Source: an uncultured Bacteroidota bacterium
Lineage (GTDB): Bacteria; Bacteroidota; Bacteroidia; JABEUT01
Direction of reading: 5' to 3'
Assembly (NCBI GenBank): GCA_903916255.1
Contig: CAIWVW010000004.1
Coordinates: 3,895-67,894 of the forward strand
Length of the DNA: 64,000 nucleotides
Shown one piece after another: positions 50,401 to 58,077 of this stretch. Position numbers and translations under genes: made by a program. A model generated the notes under the pieces. The model did not search any database. It saw nothing but the letters and a program-made list of their open reading frames with translations, and had not been told where the DNA came from. How positions within the stretch are numbered: the stretch's first letter is position 1; each line of letters starts with the position of its first letter.

Positions 50401-53195
50401 GTTATGAGCATTCGGAAAAGCGTTAGCAGTATGGCCTTCACATTTGAATATGCTTCGTAGGGCAGGCATATCAACATAAATAAAGTTCTTACAGAAACAT
50501 CCCAAATGTTGTGAATTGAATTTCGTATGTGATGCGTGAAAATTACATTTTTGGGTTTATGGGCAATATCCCAAATGGAATTAATTATAATAGGGGTAAG
50601 AATGATACCTGAAACAATTATTGTCCATAATAAAGAAGACGGCAGCACAATCCAGGCTGCAACCAGTAAGACCGTAAGTGTTATAGGAACAAGGCTTCGC
50701 CGTACATTGTCGAATATTTTCCAACGCGATAAAGCGGATACCGGGTTTTTATGCCAATGCCGGTCCGACCCCGGAACAAAAGGTAAAAACCATGAAAAAA
50801 TCTGCCAGTCACCGCGAACCCAGCGCGAGAACCTTTTCATATCGGCGCTATAACTCATAGGATATTTCTCAAACAATTGGACATCACTCAACAAGCCTGA
50901 CCGCACATAACACCCCTCTAATAAATCATGGCTAAGAATGCTGTTTTCCGAAAATTTTCCTTCCAATACTTTTCTGAAAATATCAACCTCATAAATCCCT
51001 TTTCCTATAAAGGAGCCCTCCTCGAATAAATCCTGATAAACATCGGATGATGCCCTTGTATAAGGGTCAATGCCGGGTACATTCCCATGCATGCGGGCAT
51101 ATACCGAACCGCTGATTCCGGGCAGGCTCACTGTTACTCTCGGTTGCAGGATGCCATATCCTTTTGTTATGCGTTTCTTACTTTCGTCATACCAGGCGTG
51201 GTTCAACGGATGCGCCATTGACCCAATTAATTTACAGGCTGTACCAAGCGGCAATTCTGTATCAGCATCCAGTGTAATTACATATTTTATAAGCGGGAAA
51301 ATGGATTGGTCACCAATAATGTGTGAAAAATTTTCTTTTAATTCTCCGCGCAATAAAGAGTTCAACGCAGATAATTTGCCGCGCTTTCTTTCATACCCCA
51401 TCCATGCATTTTCCTTAGGGTTCCAAAGCCGTGGACGATGAAAAAGAAAAAATAAATCATTTTTTTCTCTCCCGTATTTTTTGTTCAGCTCTTCAACTCT
51501 CTGCCGGGTAAGGCTAATGAGTGCTTCATCTTCCGGAAGTGTTTCCTGCGGTGCATCAGTAAAATCAGTTAATAAACCAAAATGTAAATTATTATTTCTA
51601 TTTGCCAGAAAACGGATTTCTAATGCTTCAACCAGAACTTCTATTTCCGCAGCGTTAGCAAGCATTACGGGGATTACAACCAAGGTTCGGAATTCGGGCG
51701 GAATATCCTTCGAGAAATCCATTCTGGGCAACAAATGCGGCTTAACCAATAAAGTAGAAATAAAATTAACAACTGATATTGCAAGCTGACTTATGCAGAG
51801 CAGTAGAAGTAAGGCGCTTGCGGCAAGAAGCCAATAGCTTTTTAAATCAGAATGGGCTCTCAGTAATATAGCTGCACTTAGTATTGCTGTAATTAATACG
51901 ATTGAACCAAAATAGACTATGAAGGCCTGCCGTTTCAATACTTGCCGCATTATTTGCATTGGCGGCTCGTGCATTTTTGCCTTGGTTTTGGTCAATTTCA
52001 GGCCATCTCCAATCAGGTAATAACCAACATGCGATGTGCGTCCGCCTTTATGGTTTACGGATATATTTTCATGCGTTAATTGTATTGCAATCTTTGCAAT
52101 TTCATGCTCCGATAGCTTGCTTTTCTTTGCAATGTCCTCTATAACGTGCCGGTACCTGTCGCGCGTGGCAAAATCCATTTGACTGTAAATTCCATTGGTA
52201 TCTTGCCGCAATGTTTGTTCGACGATACTGTGCTTTTCGACAAAATCGCGCCAATCTACAGCGCCAATTAATCGAAGGCTGCCAATACTGTTGCTCATGG
52301 AAACCTGGTCAGCCGCCTGTTTTTGAATTTCCGCACTTACCAATTCTGAACTTGTCAGTCCGCTTTCCGCCAATTGCTGTTCAATCCAGTTAAGAGAGAG
52401 TGCCAATTCCGGGCCTTTTCCGCGCAACTGGCGGGTTAATTCAGATACAAATGCGCTCCCGATAGGCGGATTGGAGCGCGCCATATCGGCAATTACCAAT
52501 ATCAGATTTTTAGGGTCTTTTTCGGAAGTGTCAATCATTTGTCCGGCCCAGTATTCTGCGAGGTTCCTGTCGACCCTGTCGATTGCAATACGTGATGAAA
52601 CACGTCGGAGGTTTTCTATCAATGCAAGGCGAAGCATAATGGGTATGGCCCATAATTCACCTAATTGCAAATTGGTGATGGTTTGGTAAGCCGTTATAAA
52701 ACCGCCGAGGCTTTCCATATCTACCCTTCCGTCGCTGTGGGAAATTATTTGCAGAACGATGTCGTATATGCGTGTCAGCCCAACAGAATTACCCGTTACA
52801 AGTTGAGGCAAATCCTCGCTGTAATCTTTTGGAAAGTGCGTTTTAGCATTGCGGATATGTTCTTCTATAAGGTAAAAATTGTCAATCAGCCATTCACCTG
52901 CGGGTGTAATCTGGTATTTTCTTTTTATGGAATCAGCCAGAAGCTTCCGTACCTCGCTCAAAAGGATTTCATTATTTGAAAGCCGTTTGAGCAGATGGTC
53001 TTTCGAGGGCTTTGTACTTAATTTATGAATTCCCGCAAGGGCTTTTCCAAAACGCTCCATCTGGTCAGAACTGAATAATTCGGCCCGCAGAGGCTCCTCG
53101 TTCTGGTAACTAAGCTTGGAGTTTTTCGTTTGAAAAAGGCCCCTCATATTTGCTATGAGTTCATGGGCCGCAGGTATAAATTTTATTTTAGCCAT
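44445..53195 (-). CDS. ndvB: Cyclic beta-1,2-glucan synthase (Cgs/NdvB; GT84 + glucoamylase-like + GH94)
   Basis: 2916 aa; EWLIDNFYLI, ERKRGK, TLDADT, SHDLLEG, RWVRGDWQ, WSGSMFEYLMP, QSGGAFGYRDQLQD, GDWND, RENGGQYTH, WYTGSAGW. Confidence 0.95.
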   Translation of the reverse strand: MAKIKFIPAAHELIANMRGLFQTKNSKLSYQNEEPLRAELFSSDQMERFGKALAGIHKLSTKPSKDHLLKRLSNNEILLSEVRKLLADSIKRKYQITPAGEWLIDNFYLIEEHIRNAKTHFPKDYSEDLPQLVTGNSVGLTRIYDIVLQIISHSDGRVDMESLGGFITAYQTITNLQLGELWAIPIMLRLALIENLRRVSSRIAIDRVDRNLAEYWAGQMIDTSEKDPKNLILVIADMARSNPPIGSAFVSELTRQLRGKGPELALSLNWIEQQLAESGLTSSELVSAEIQKQAADQVSMSNSIGSLRLIGAVDWRDFVEKHSIVEQTLRQDTNGIYSQMDFATRDRYRHVIEDIAKKSKLSEHEIAKIAIQLTHENISVNHKGGRTSHVGYYLIGDGLKLTKTKAKMHEPPMQIMRQVLKRQAFIVYFGSIVLITAILSAAILLRAHSDLKSYWLLAASALLLLLCISQLAISVVNFISTLLVKPHLLPRMDFSKDIPPEFRTLVVIPVMLANAAEIEVLVEALEIRFLANRNNNLHFGLLTDFTDAPQETLPEDEALISLTRQRVEELNKKYGREKNDLFFLFHRPRLWNPKENAWMGYERKRGKLSALNSLLRGELKENFSHIIGDQSIFPLIKYVITLDADTELPLGTACKLIGSMAHPLNHAWYDESKKRITKGYGILQPRVTVSLPGISGSVYARMHGNVPGIDPYTRASSDVYQDLFEEGSFIGKGIYEVDIFRKVLEGKFSENSILSHDLLEGCYVRSGLLSDVQLFEKYPMSYSADMKRFSRWVRGDWQIFSWFLPFVPGSDRHWHKNPVSALSRWKIFDNVRRSLVPITLTVLLVAAWIVLPSSLLWTIIVSGIILTPIIINSIWDIAHKPKNVIFTHHIRNSIHNIWDVSVRTLFMLICLPYEAYSNVKAILLTLFRMLITRKKLLEWNPSSNSSASYQKRLVYSYSSMWIEPFLASTLLFYIAFYSPGKLIIVSPILFLWFITPIITWRISRPIAKPVAALTDEQNIFLRKVARKTWSYFERFVVQEDNFLPPDNFQEQPVSLIAHRTSPTNIGISLLANLSASDFGYITTGEFIDRTRKTIESMKKMERYRGHFYNWYDTETLSPLLPKYISTVDSGNLAGYLIILKQGLLAIPHQKIIGVNLFEGLRDTLYVLIDTIEEKDKALLQQFKIDLDNICKLDLITRHEVIYHIEALTNKFSSIFDKLNNDVQSEIYWWKILLQKQIEQSNEYFQIFAPWAMLMNAPSKFIYLVSMDTNSTLLELLETALELQNIVSHSKTESNTSSENEWLEAFKISLSKSIALAEERISLAETLARQSHELADMEWDFLLDKSSSLFTIGYNVQEHRMDASYYDLLASEARLCTFIGIAQGKLSEQSWFALGRLLTNVNGDPILLSWSGSMFEYLMPLLVMPTYENTLLDQTYNAAVEWQIKYGKKSGLPWGISESGYNTVNANSNYQYRAFGAPGLGLKRGLEEDSVIAPYASALALMVAPEKACENLELLAKKGFEGRYGFYEAIDYTPSRLAPGQTNAIVYSFMAHHQGMSLLSLAYLLLDQPMQKLFEAEPQFMATLLLLQERIPKATTFFAHTTDITDVNYVVSGTETRIINTPNTPIPEVQLLSNGRYHVMVTNAGGGYSRWKNLAVTRWREDGTCDNWGTFCYIRDLKSETFWSNAHQPTLKKGDKYEAAFSQGRVDFTNNNSEIETHTEIVVSPEDDIEIRRVVITNSSDVRRIIEVTSYAEVVLAPAASDLMQPAFSNLFVQTEIIPSQHAILCTRRPRSADEQLPWMFHLMSLHGKDKVEVSYETDRLEFIGRRNSTVNPQVMNKPGPLSGNQGSVLDPIVAIRYKIVLEPEEKVTIDMVIGIADTQDACRNLIDKYQDKPHKDRVFELSWTHSQIVLRQINASEADAQLYGKLASSILFTNPVFRADPAILINNHRGQSGLWGYSISGDLPIVLLKIEKQTNMQLVKQLIQAHAYWRLKGLAVDLVIWNEEHGGYRQVFQNEIQALIPAELTDRPGGVFVRASDQISNEDRILFQTVARINISDNGGTLADHVKRKPLSKLVIPYITKPEKYQPDLTPIVVPTDLIFHNGLGGFTPDGLEYVIVVDNKNKTPAPWVNVIANPNFGTVVSESGSAYTWTENAHELRLTPWNNDPVSDSGGEAFYIRDYETGQFWSTTLLPSGGETPYITRHGFGYSVFEHMEDGIYTEMTVYVDIDAAIKFTVLKIKNQSGRARKLSVTGYTEWVLDNNRMKAAMYTHTEVDPDSGALFAKNPYNTEFSSRVAFFDVDFIKKTFTSDRTEFIGRNGTLQNPDAMSRMKLSGRIGLALDPCAAIQVPFDLADGEENEIIFRLGAGKTAAEASATARQFRGSAVAHDALERVKQNWNHIMGALKVETPDAAINMITNGWLTYQTISSRLWGRSGFYQSGGAFGYRDQLQDVLSLLHTVPHLARGQILLSASRQFKEGDVQHWWHPPIGNGVRTRCSDDYLWLPLATALYVSTTGDTGVLDENVSFIEGRQLNPGEESYYDTPTKSNTSVKLYDHCVQAIKHGFTFGKHGLPLIGAGDWNDGYDKVGNEGKGESVWMAFFLYDVLIRFEGIARLYASKSPDGGEGDLFAEECKKQAQQLKENIDKNAWDGEWYKRAWFDNGTPLGSSVNEECKIDSIAQSWSVISGAGSPERVNTAMESAYKNLVKKDAGIIQLLEPPFDKSNLNPGYIKGYVPGVRENGGQYTHAAVWMIMAFAKLGDNKRVWELLNMINPINHGKTAEAIAIYKVEPYVLAADVYAREPHAGRGGWTWYTGSAGWLYQLIVEYFLGMKQDANKLKFAPCVPEEWETFKIHYRYWNTMYHICFTQKKLEVGSEQLAVEMQVIVDGVEQADKTITLADDGVEHNVEVKLNIQNTLEV
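44564..44598. repeat. Five 7-bp tandem repeats inside the 3' end of cgs
   Basis: CAACTGC TAACTGC TCACTGC CAACTTC TAACTTT; encodes KLEVGSEQLAVE. Confidence 0.7.
45319..45353. repeat. REP-like hairpin in frame inside cgs
   Basis: AAGTCCCC-ttcgcccccatcc-GGGGATTT-GGAGGC; encodes ASKSPDGGEGDL. Confidence 0.55.
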
Positions 53196-53198
53196 ACG

Positions 53199-54839
53199 TT
53201 ATACTAAAGCAGCATTGACAATATCCTGCGCTTCATCAATAATTTTCTTTACATGGTCCTTTCCTGAAAAACTCTCCGCATAAATCTTATAAATATCTTC
53301 CGTTCCGGATGGGCGGGCTGCAAACCAGCTGTTTTCTGTAACAACCTTTACACCCCCAATTGATGCATTGTTCCCCGGGGCTACAGTGATGATATTTTTT
53401 ATTTCTTCTCCCGCTAAATCTTTATGTTTTATTTGGGAAGCGGAAAGTTTTTTCAGCTTTTCTTTTTGCTGGGGTGTTGCTTTTGCTTCAATCCTTTCAT
53501 ATACAGGTTCACCTAACTCTTTTGTAAGTTCATTATATAATATGCCGGGGTCTTTACCCATTTTTGCAGTAATCTCTGCCGAGAGTAATGCCGGAATAAA
53601 GCCATCCTTATCGGTGGTCCACACACTTCCGTCTAAACGGGAGAATGATGCACCTGCGCTTTCTTCCCCGCCAAAACAAAGTGATTTATCCAGCAAACCT
53701 TCAACGAACCATTTGAAACCAACAGGCACCTCATACAGTTTTCTTCCAAGCTTTGAAGTGATGCGGTCAATTAACTGTGTGCTTACAACAGTTTTGCCTA
53801 CTGCTGCCGCTTTCGACCACCCCGGACGATTTTGCAGGAGATAAAAAACAGCAACCGATAAATAATGATTGGGGTTTAATAGCCCTGCGCTTTTTGTAAC
53901 AATTCCATGCCGGTCGTGGTCCGTGTCGCAGGCAAAAGAAATATCAAAATAGTCTTTCATTTCAATCAACCTTTGCATGGCGTAAGGAGATGAGGGGTCC
54001 ATACGGATTTGCCCATCCCAATCCACGGTCATGAAACTAAATGTAGGGTCGACTATTTTATTTACGACAGTCAAATCCAAATGATAGCGCTCTGCAATCG
54101 GCTCCCAGTAGTGCACTCCGGCACCACCAAGCGGGTCAACGCCCATTTTTATTTTCGACTTACGGATGGCATCCATGTCAATTACATTCCCAAGGTCATT
54201 TATATAGGTATGTAAATAATCATGCCGATGTGTGGTAGAAGCATGGAGCGCTTTATCAAAAGAAATCCGTTTCACTTCCTTAAGTTTATTCTCCAGTAAT
54301 TCGTTTGCTTTTGCCTCAATCCAATTGGTGACTTCAGTTCCTGCCGGCCCGCCATTTGGCGGATTATATTTAAAACCTCCGTCGTCAGGCGGATTATGCG
54401 ATGGCGTAATTACAATACCATCCGCCAAACCGATTTTCCTTCCGTAATTATATTTTAAAATAGCGTGGGAAATAACGGGAGTAGGGGTGTATTCATCACC
54501 TTCGGCAATCATTACTTCCACGCCATTGGCCGCAAGCACTTCCATGGTAGTTGCAAAAGCAGGAGCCGAGAGCGCATGGGTATCGAAGCCCAAATATAAT
54601 GGCCCATCGAATTTTTGTATTTTCCTATAGAGACAAATAGCTTGTGTAATTGCAAGAATATGGTTTTCGTTAAAAGCATTATCTAAAGAGGAACCCCGAT
54701 GGCCGGATGTTCCGAATGAAACACATTGAGAAGGGGTGGAAGGGTCCGGTATTCCCGCATAATAGGCTGTTAAAAGCCTGGGTACATTTACCAGCATATT
54801 TTGTTCCGCCGGTTTTCCGGCATAAGGGCTTATTTCCAT
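53199..54839 (-). CDS. pgm: Phosphoglucomutase (alpha-D-glucose-1,6-bisphosphate dependent)
   Basis: FGTSGHRG, TPSHNPP, DTDHDR, GEESAG, RPSGTE; ATG at 54839 overlaps the rpiB stop (TAATG), giving 546 aa. Confidence 0.97.
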   Translation of the reverse strand: MEISPYAGKPAEQNMLVNVPRLLTAYYAGIPDPSTPSQCVSFGTSGHRGSSLDNAFNENHILAITQAICLYRKIQKFDGPLYLGFDTHALSAPAFATTMEVLAANGVEVMIAEGDEYTPTPVISHAILKYNYGRKIGLADGIVITPSHNPPDDGGFKYNPPNGGPAGTEVTNWIEAKANELLENKLKEVKRISFDKALHASTTHRHDYLHTYINDLGNVIDMDAIRKSKIKMGVDPLGGAGVHYWEPIAERYHLDLTVVNKIVDPTFSFMTVDWDGQIRMDPSSPYAMQRLIEMKDYFDISFACDTDHDRHGIVTKSAGLLNPNHYLSVAVFYLLQNRPGWSKAAAVGKTVVSTQLIDRITSKLGRKLYEVPVGFKWFVEGLLDKSLCFGGEESAGASFSRLDGSVWTTDKDGFIPALLSAEITAKMGKDPGILYNELTKELGEPVYERIEAKATPQQKEKLKKLSASQIKHKDLAGEEIKNIITVAPGNNASIGGVKVVTENSWFAARPSGTEDIYKIYAESFSGKDHVKKIIDEAQDIVNAALV

Positions 54840-55324
54840 TAGTGTTTTAAATTTTGAGTTTTCTCGAGTTCCGCAACTTTTGCCAGGCGACGGATATGCC
54901 TTTCGACATCGATGAATTTTGCAGCCAAAAAAATGGTTGTGAGTTTCCATGCAAGGGTGTGGTCAACAACGCGGCCGCCAAGGCACATCATATTCATGTC
55001 ATCGTCTTCTACCCCTTGATTGGCTGAAAATTTTTCATTAATCAGGCAAGCCCTTACTCCATTCACTTTATTTGCGGCTATGCAAGCCCCGACCCCGCTG
55101 CCGCAAATGGCTATGCCACGGGTAATCTCACCTTTTGCTATTGCAAAGGCAAGTGGAATTACATAATCAGGATAATCATCCTGCGGCTTCATTTCGCTGT
55201 CGCCAAAATCTATTACCTCATATCCTGCTTCATTCAGTTTCTCCAATAAGTATTCCTTCAGTTCAAATCCTGCATGGTCCGCTGCAATACCAATATGTTC
55301 TATTTTCTCCGGATGATTATTCAT
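54839..55324 (-). CDS. rpiB: Ribose-5-phosphate isomerase B
   Basis: [31 protein letters not shown]. Confidence 0.95.
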   Translation of the reverse strand: MNNHPEKIEHIGIAADHAGFELKEYLLEKLNEAGYEVIDFGDSEMKPQDDYPDYVIPLAFAIAKGEITRGIAICGSGVGACIAANKVNGVRACLINEKFSANQGVEDDDMNMMCLGGRVVDHTLAWKLTTIFLAAKFIDVERHIRRLAKVAELEKTQNLKH

Positions 55325-57428
55325 GTTTATTCTTTTTTAATAATGCAATTGCACGCTCACAAATATTTTCAACGGTGAATCCGTATTCGCGCATCATTAC
55401 TTCCCCGGGGGCTGAAGCACCGAAAGTATCAATGCCTATTACTTCCCCTTTATCGCCAACGTATTTATTCCAACCTTGGGTTACGCCTGCTTCAACCGCT
55501 ATTCTTGTATGAATTGACGGGGGCAACACCGTATCACGGTATACTTGGGTTTGCGCTTCAAATAATTCCCAACTGGGCATGGAAACAACACGTACTGCAA
55601 TATTCTGTTCACTTAGTTTTTCCTGTGCTTCTACAATTAAATGGACTTCTGAACCGGTTGCTATAAGTATTAATTCCGGATTAACATCCGGGGCATATGA
55701 TAGAATATACGCACCAAAACGAAGCCAGTCCGCAGAAGCGAATTTTTTCCTGTCGAGCGTTGGCAAATCTTGACGCGTTAAAATTAATGCCACAGGAGCT
55801 TTACTTGATTCTATGGCCATTCGCCATGCCATAGCAGTTTCATTAGCATCGCAAGGACGGATAACAATCAATCGTGGAATTGCGCGGAGGGCCGCAAGAT
55901 GTTCTATCGGTTGATGCGTTGGGCCATCCTCACCCATAGCAATACTATCGTGCGTAAAAACAAAAACGGTATTCAATTCCATTAATGCGGCAAGGCGAAT
56001 TGCAGGGCGCATGTAATCTGAAAAAGTGAGGAATGTAGCGCAGAATGGGAGAATGCCGCCATGTGCAGCCATTCCGTTAGAAATGGAGGCCATGCCATGT
56101 TCGCGAACGCCAAATTGCAAATTACGCCCGGCATAACTCCAGCCGCCTGCGGCAGAGCCTTGCAAATCGCCGACAGCCATAGTTGGGTTTTCAAAGTTCC
56201 CGGCATCTTTAAGTTCTGTATATGTTGATGTATTTAAATCGGCGGAGCCGCCAATAAACCCGGGCAGGTTATGATAAAAAGCCTGCATAATTTTTCCGGA
56301 AGCAACCCGCGTAGCCATTCCTTTAGCATCCGCAGGAAATTCAGGAATAGTTGCATCCCATTCGGGCGTAAGTTTTCCATTCATCAGATAAAAAAGTTCC
56401 TTGGCAAGCTCCGGGTATTCCTTTTTATATGTGGTAAATTTCTTTTCCCATTCTTTCCCTGACTGTTCTCCTTGCTTAATTGCTTTATGAAAATGAAGTT
56501 CTGCTTCCTTCGGAATTAAAAAAGAAGGTTCGACAGGCCAGCCCAAATTTTCTTTTGTCCGCTTTACTTCATCCACACCTAAAGGTGAGCCATGCGCCGA
56601 GCATTTGTCTTGCTTATTGGGTGAACCATAACCAATATGTGTGTGGACTAAAATCAGCGATGGACGTTCTGTTTCCAACTGGGCCGCCCGAATAGCATTC
56701 TCTATTGCGCCCAAATCGTTCCCATCTTCAATGGATTGCGTATGCCATCCATACGCTTCAAATCGCTTTGCATGGTCTTCCGTGAAAGTTACCGGAGTAG
56801 CGGATGCAAGCGTAATATGGTTATTGTCGTACAGATAAATTAATTTTCCGAGTTTCAGGTGGCCCGCAAGCGGAGCAGCTTCGGCAGACACACCTTCCAT
56901 CAGGTCGCCGTCACTTACTATTCCGTAGGTGTAATGATTTATAATTTCATTTCCGTGTTTGTTGTAGCGTGCCGCAAGATAGGCTTCGGCTATTGCCATG
57001 CCCACACCATTCGCGAATCCCTGTCCGAGCGGGCCTGTGGTAGTTTCAACGCCGGGTGTTAAACCCCGTTCCGGATGGCCGGGAGTTTTACTTCCCCATT
57101 GGCGAAATTGTTTAATATCCTCTAACGATAAATCATACCCTGTTAGATGCAGTAAACTATAAAGCAACATGGAGCCATGTCCGGCAGACAATACAAACCT
57201 GTCCCGATTAAACCACTGCGGATTTGCAGGATTATGCTGAAGGAACTTCGTCCATAATACATATGCCATAGGCGCAGCACCTAAGGGTAACCCCGGATGT
57301 CCGCTGTTAGCTTTTTGTATAGCATCAACAGAGAGAAAACGGATTGTGTTGATGCAAAGTTCATTCTGATTTATTTTGTTGCTTGCTGTTAACTGCTTAC
57401 TATTTCTCTTTTTAATTTGTGTGTCCAT
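55317..57428 (-). CDS. tkt: Transketolase
   Basis: [56 protein letters not shown]. Confidence 0.99.
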   Translation of the reverse strand: MDTQIKKRNSKQLTASNKINQNELCINTIRFLSVDAIQKANSGHPGLPLGAAPMAYVLWTKFLQHNPANPQWFNRDRFVLSAGHGSMLLYSLLHLTGYDLSLEDIKQFRQWGSKTPGHPERGLTPGVETTTGPLGQGFANGVGMAIAEAYLAARYNKHGNEIINHYTYGIVSDGDLMEGVSAEAAPLAGHLKLGKLIYLYDNNHITLASATPVTFTEDHAKRFEAYGWHTQSIEDGNDLGAIENAIRAAQLETERPSLILVHTHIGYGSPNKQDKCSAHGSPLGVDEVKRTKENLGWPVEPSFLIPKEAELHFHKAIKQGEQSGKEWEKKFTTYKKEYPELAKELFYLMNGKLTPEWDATIPEFPADAKGMATRVASGKIMQAFYHNLPGFIGGSADLNTSTYTELKDAGNFENPTMAVGDLQGSAAGGWSYAGRNLQFGVREHGMASISNGMAAHGGILPFCATFLTFSDYMRPAIRLAALMELNTVFVFTHDSIAMGEDGPTHQPIEHLAALRAIPRLIVIRPCDANETAMAWRMAIESSKAPVALILTRQDLPTLDRKKFASADWLRFGAYILSYAPDVNPELILIATGSEVHLIVEAQEKLSEQNIAVRVVSMPSWELFEAQTQVYRDTVLPPSIHTRIAVEAGVTQGWNKYVGDKGEVIGIDTFGASAPGEVMMREYGFTVENICERAIALLKKNKHE
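57376..57403. repeat. Four 7-bp repeats inside the 5' end of tkt
   Basis: TTGTTGC TTGCTGT TAACTGC TTACTAT; the unit TAACTGC is shared with the cgs array. Confidence 0.5.
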
Positions 57429-57480
57429 ATAGCACCCTTTAATTTTTATATAAAGGACTATAATTTCGGACGGGCAGATG

Positions 57481-57515
57481 TTACATAATTTAGGTGGAAT
57501 GTTGCATAATTCACA
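57481..57515 (-). promoter_or_regulatory. Tandem 21-bp-period operator upstream of the tkt operon
   Basis: Minus strand TGTGAATTATGCAA-cattcca-CCTAAATTATGTAA. Confidence 0.75.
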
Positions 57516-57602
57516 CTTTTAAACCAACCACTGCCTCGTTTCCGGCAGTGCTAATACCAATTCCCGAGATAAAATTTATTATCAGATACAAATCCAATGA
57601 TG

Positions 57603-57616
57603 TGTGAAATATGTAA
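57603..57616 (+). promoter_or_regulatory. Third copy of the operator half-site, facing away from tkt
   Basis: TGTGAAATATGTAA (13/14 match to the 35652 half-site). Confidence 0.55.
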
Positions 57617-57659
57617 AATATTTAAAAGCATACAGAATTATTAAAATTAAAAGATATAC

Positions 57660-57929
57660 TTTTTGCTGGCTGAATGTATCTAAGGAGGATAATATCATTG
57701 CAGAGGGTTTATAGGAAATCGCTTTCAAAAAATCAATATCGGTTATTTCAGGCATTTTCATGTCGATAAAAAATCAAGGGTACCGGATTCTGCAGTAATT
57801 TTTTTGGGCTGTATTTGGTTCTGTAAATTTTCAGGAAACTTCCAACTGAGTGCTTTCTGCTATATAAGCGGAAATGAGTTTCAGGTAAATTAAATTATCA
57901 TCTACTATAATACACTTTATTTTTTCCAT
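57660..57929 (-). pseudogene. Response-regulator receiver-domain pseudogene (LytTR-like REC)
   Basis: MEKIKCIIVDDNLIYLKLISAYIAESTQLEVS*KF...LLQNPVPLIF-IDMKMPEITDIDFLKAISYKP; in-frame TGA at 57831-57833 plus compensating indels in A7 and T6 runs; absent from the ORF track. Confidence 0.8.
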
Positions 57930-58077
57930 AAACTCAGATGAAGTAAAGGTGAAATAATGGGGATGCTTAAGATTATATTTGAATTTAAAACTACAAACAT
58001 TTTGAAATACTCGATTTTTACGCCTCCCATTTCCTTACCTTTACCATGTTCTAAAAAGTCAGTTAGTATTAATATTT

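Noticed and set aside
57831-57833. TGA in the REC remnant as selenocysteine or a recoded stop
   Set aside because: Additional frameshifts and truncation are present, and TGA is a normal stop elsewhere in the window (tal-pgi, zwf).
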